Shown here in pieces: positions 63,752 to 64,000 of a stretch of 64,000 nucleotides of DNA (positions are counted from its first letter, which is position 1; the number at the start of each line of letters is the position of its first letter). Origin of the DNA: Paludisphaera mucosa (GTDB taxonomy: Bacteria > Planctomycetota > Planctomycetia > Isosphaerales > Isosphaeraceae). The DNA lies in NCBI RefSeq assembly GCF_029589435.1, contig NZ_JARRAG010000001.1:236808-300807 (forward strand). Direction: 5' to 3'. The notes below the pieces were generated by a model. It had not been told where the DNA came from and searched no databases. It was given only the letters and a program-made list of their open reading frames with translations. Made by a program: the position numbers and the translations under genes.

Positions 63752-64000
63752 ATGCGAGCCGGGCTGAAGGTGGGAGCGACGGGCGAGCGTCGCTTCGTCG
63801 TCGAGACGGCCCACGCGATCGACTTCGCCGAAGGGGGCATGCCGGCCATCCTCTGCACGCCGTGGCTCGTCTGGTTCCTCGAACACGCCGCCCGCGAGGC
63901 CGTCGTCCCGTTCCTCGGCGAGGGGGAAAGCACCGTCGGCTCGCACATCGAGGTCGACCACCTCGCCGCGACGCCCGTCGGCCAGGCCGTCGCCTGCCTC
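63752..64000 (+). CDS. hotdog-fold thioesterase-like protein, 5' partial (runs off window)
   Basis: Begins MRAGLKVGATGERRFVVETAHAIDFAEGGMPAILCTPWLVWFLEHAAREAV, a thioesterase-superfamily N-terminal pattern. No stop within the window. Confidence 0.5.
   Translation, partial: MRAGLKVGATGERRFVVETAHAIDFAEGGMPAILCTPWLVWFLEHAAREAVVPFLGEGESTVGSHIEVDHLAATPVGQAVACL

Noticed and set aside
60568-63948. 1126-aa minus ORF antisense to three plus-strand genes
   Set aside because: Low-complexity Arg-rich artefact. The plus-strand genes have clear family motifs.
1-64000. Searched for tRNA, rRNA, tmRNA, RNase P and CRISPR arrays
   Set aside because: No cloverleaf-like conserved tRNA features, no rRNA-like stretches and no regularly spaced direct repeats were seen by eye. 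The only repeats are the short hairpin family and the IS termini.

Overview
The window is a 64 kb, roughly 70% GC chromosomal segment that looks planctomycetal. Three hallmarks support this: a DUF1559 protein with a prepilin-like N-terminus, a HAF repeat remnant, and an ECF sigma factor coupled to a Ser/Thr kinase with WD40 repeats. The exact lineage is a guess (Isosphaeraceae- or Gemmataceae-like). Because of the high GC, many of the long Arg/Gly/Pro-rich ORFs in the track, especially antisense to real genes, are artefacts. I kept only ORFs with recognisable domain composition.

Core genes present:
- Translation and RNA modification: alaS, rplM-rpsI, rsmH, trmB, and a Trm112 homologue next to a methyltransferase.
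- Fe-S assembly: sufS-sufU.
- Stress and membrane: an HtrA-like protease, flotillin, a BON-domain protein, a CsbD/DUF883 protein and DUF1328.
- Other housekeeping: an acyl-CoA dehydrogenase and a PSP1/RicT homologue.

Accessory content worth a second look:
- A three-gene operon of a type III polyketide synthase, an FAD oxidoreductase and a methyltransferase, resembling srsABC alkylresorcinol/alkylquinone clusters.
- An IS4-family insertion, with 18-bp inverted repeats and an 11-bp target duplication, that splits what was one ~1140-aa beta-helix/DUF4214 surface protein gene. The two halves rejoin in frame.
- A small ORF translationally coupled to a stand-alone HNH endonuclease.
- A Tat-signal metallophosphoesterase interrupted by a single in-frame TAG.
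- A frameshift-ridden HAF-repeat pseudogene in a lower-GC patch.
- A family of short double-hairpin repeats (CCTTCCCC..GGGGAAGG plus TGGNCCGNAGGGCCGGATGARGGGGA). One copy pair appears to supply the N-terminal coding sequence of a downstream gene.

No rRNA, tRNA or CRISPR array was recognised. Coordinates should be treated as +/-1 nt in places, because my manual indexing disagreed with the ORF track by one base at a few loci.
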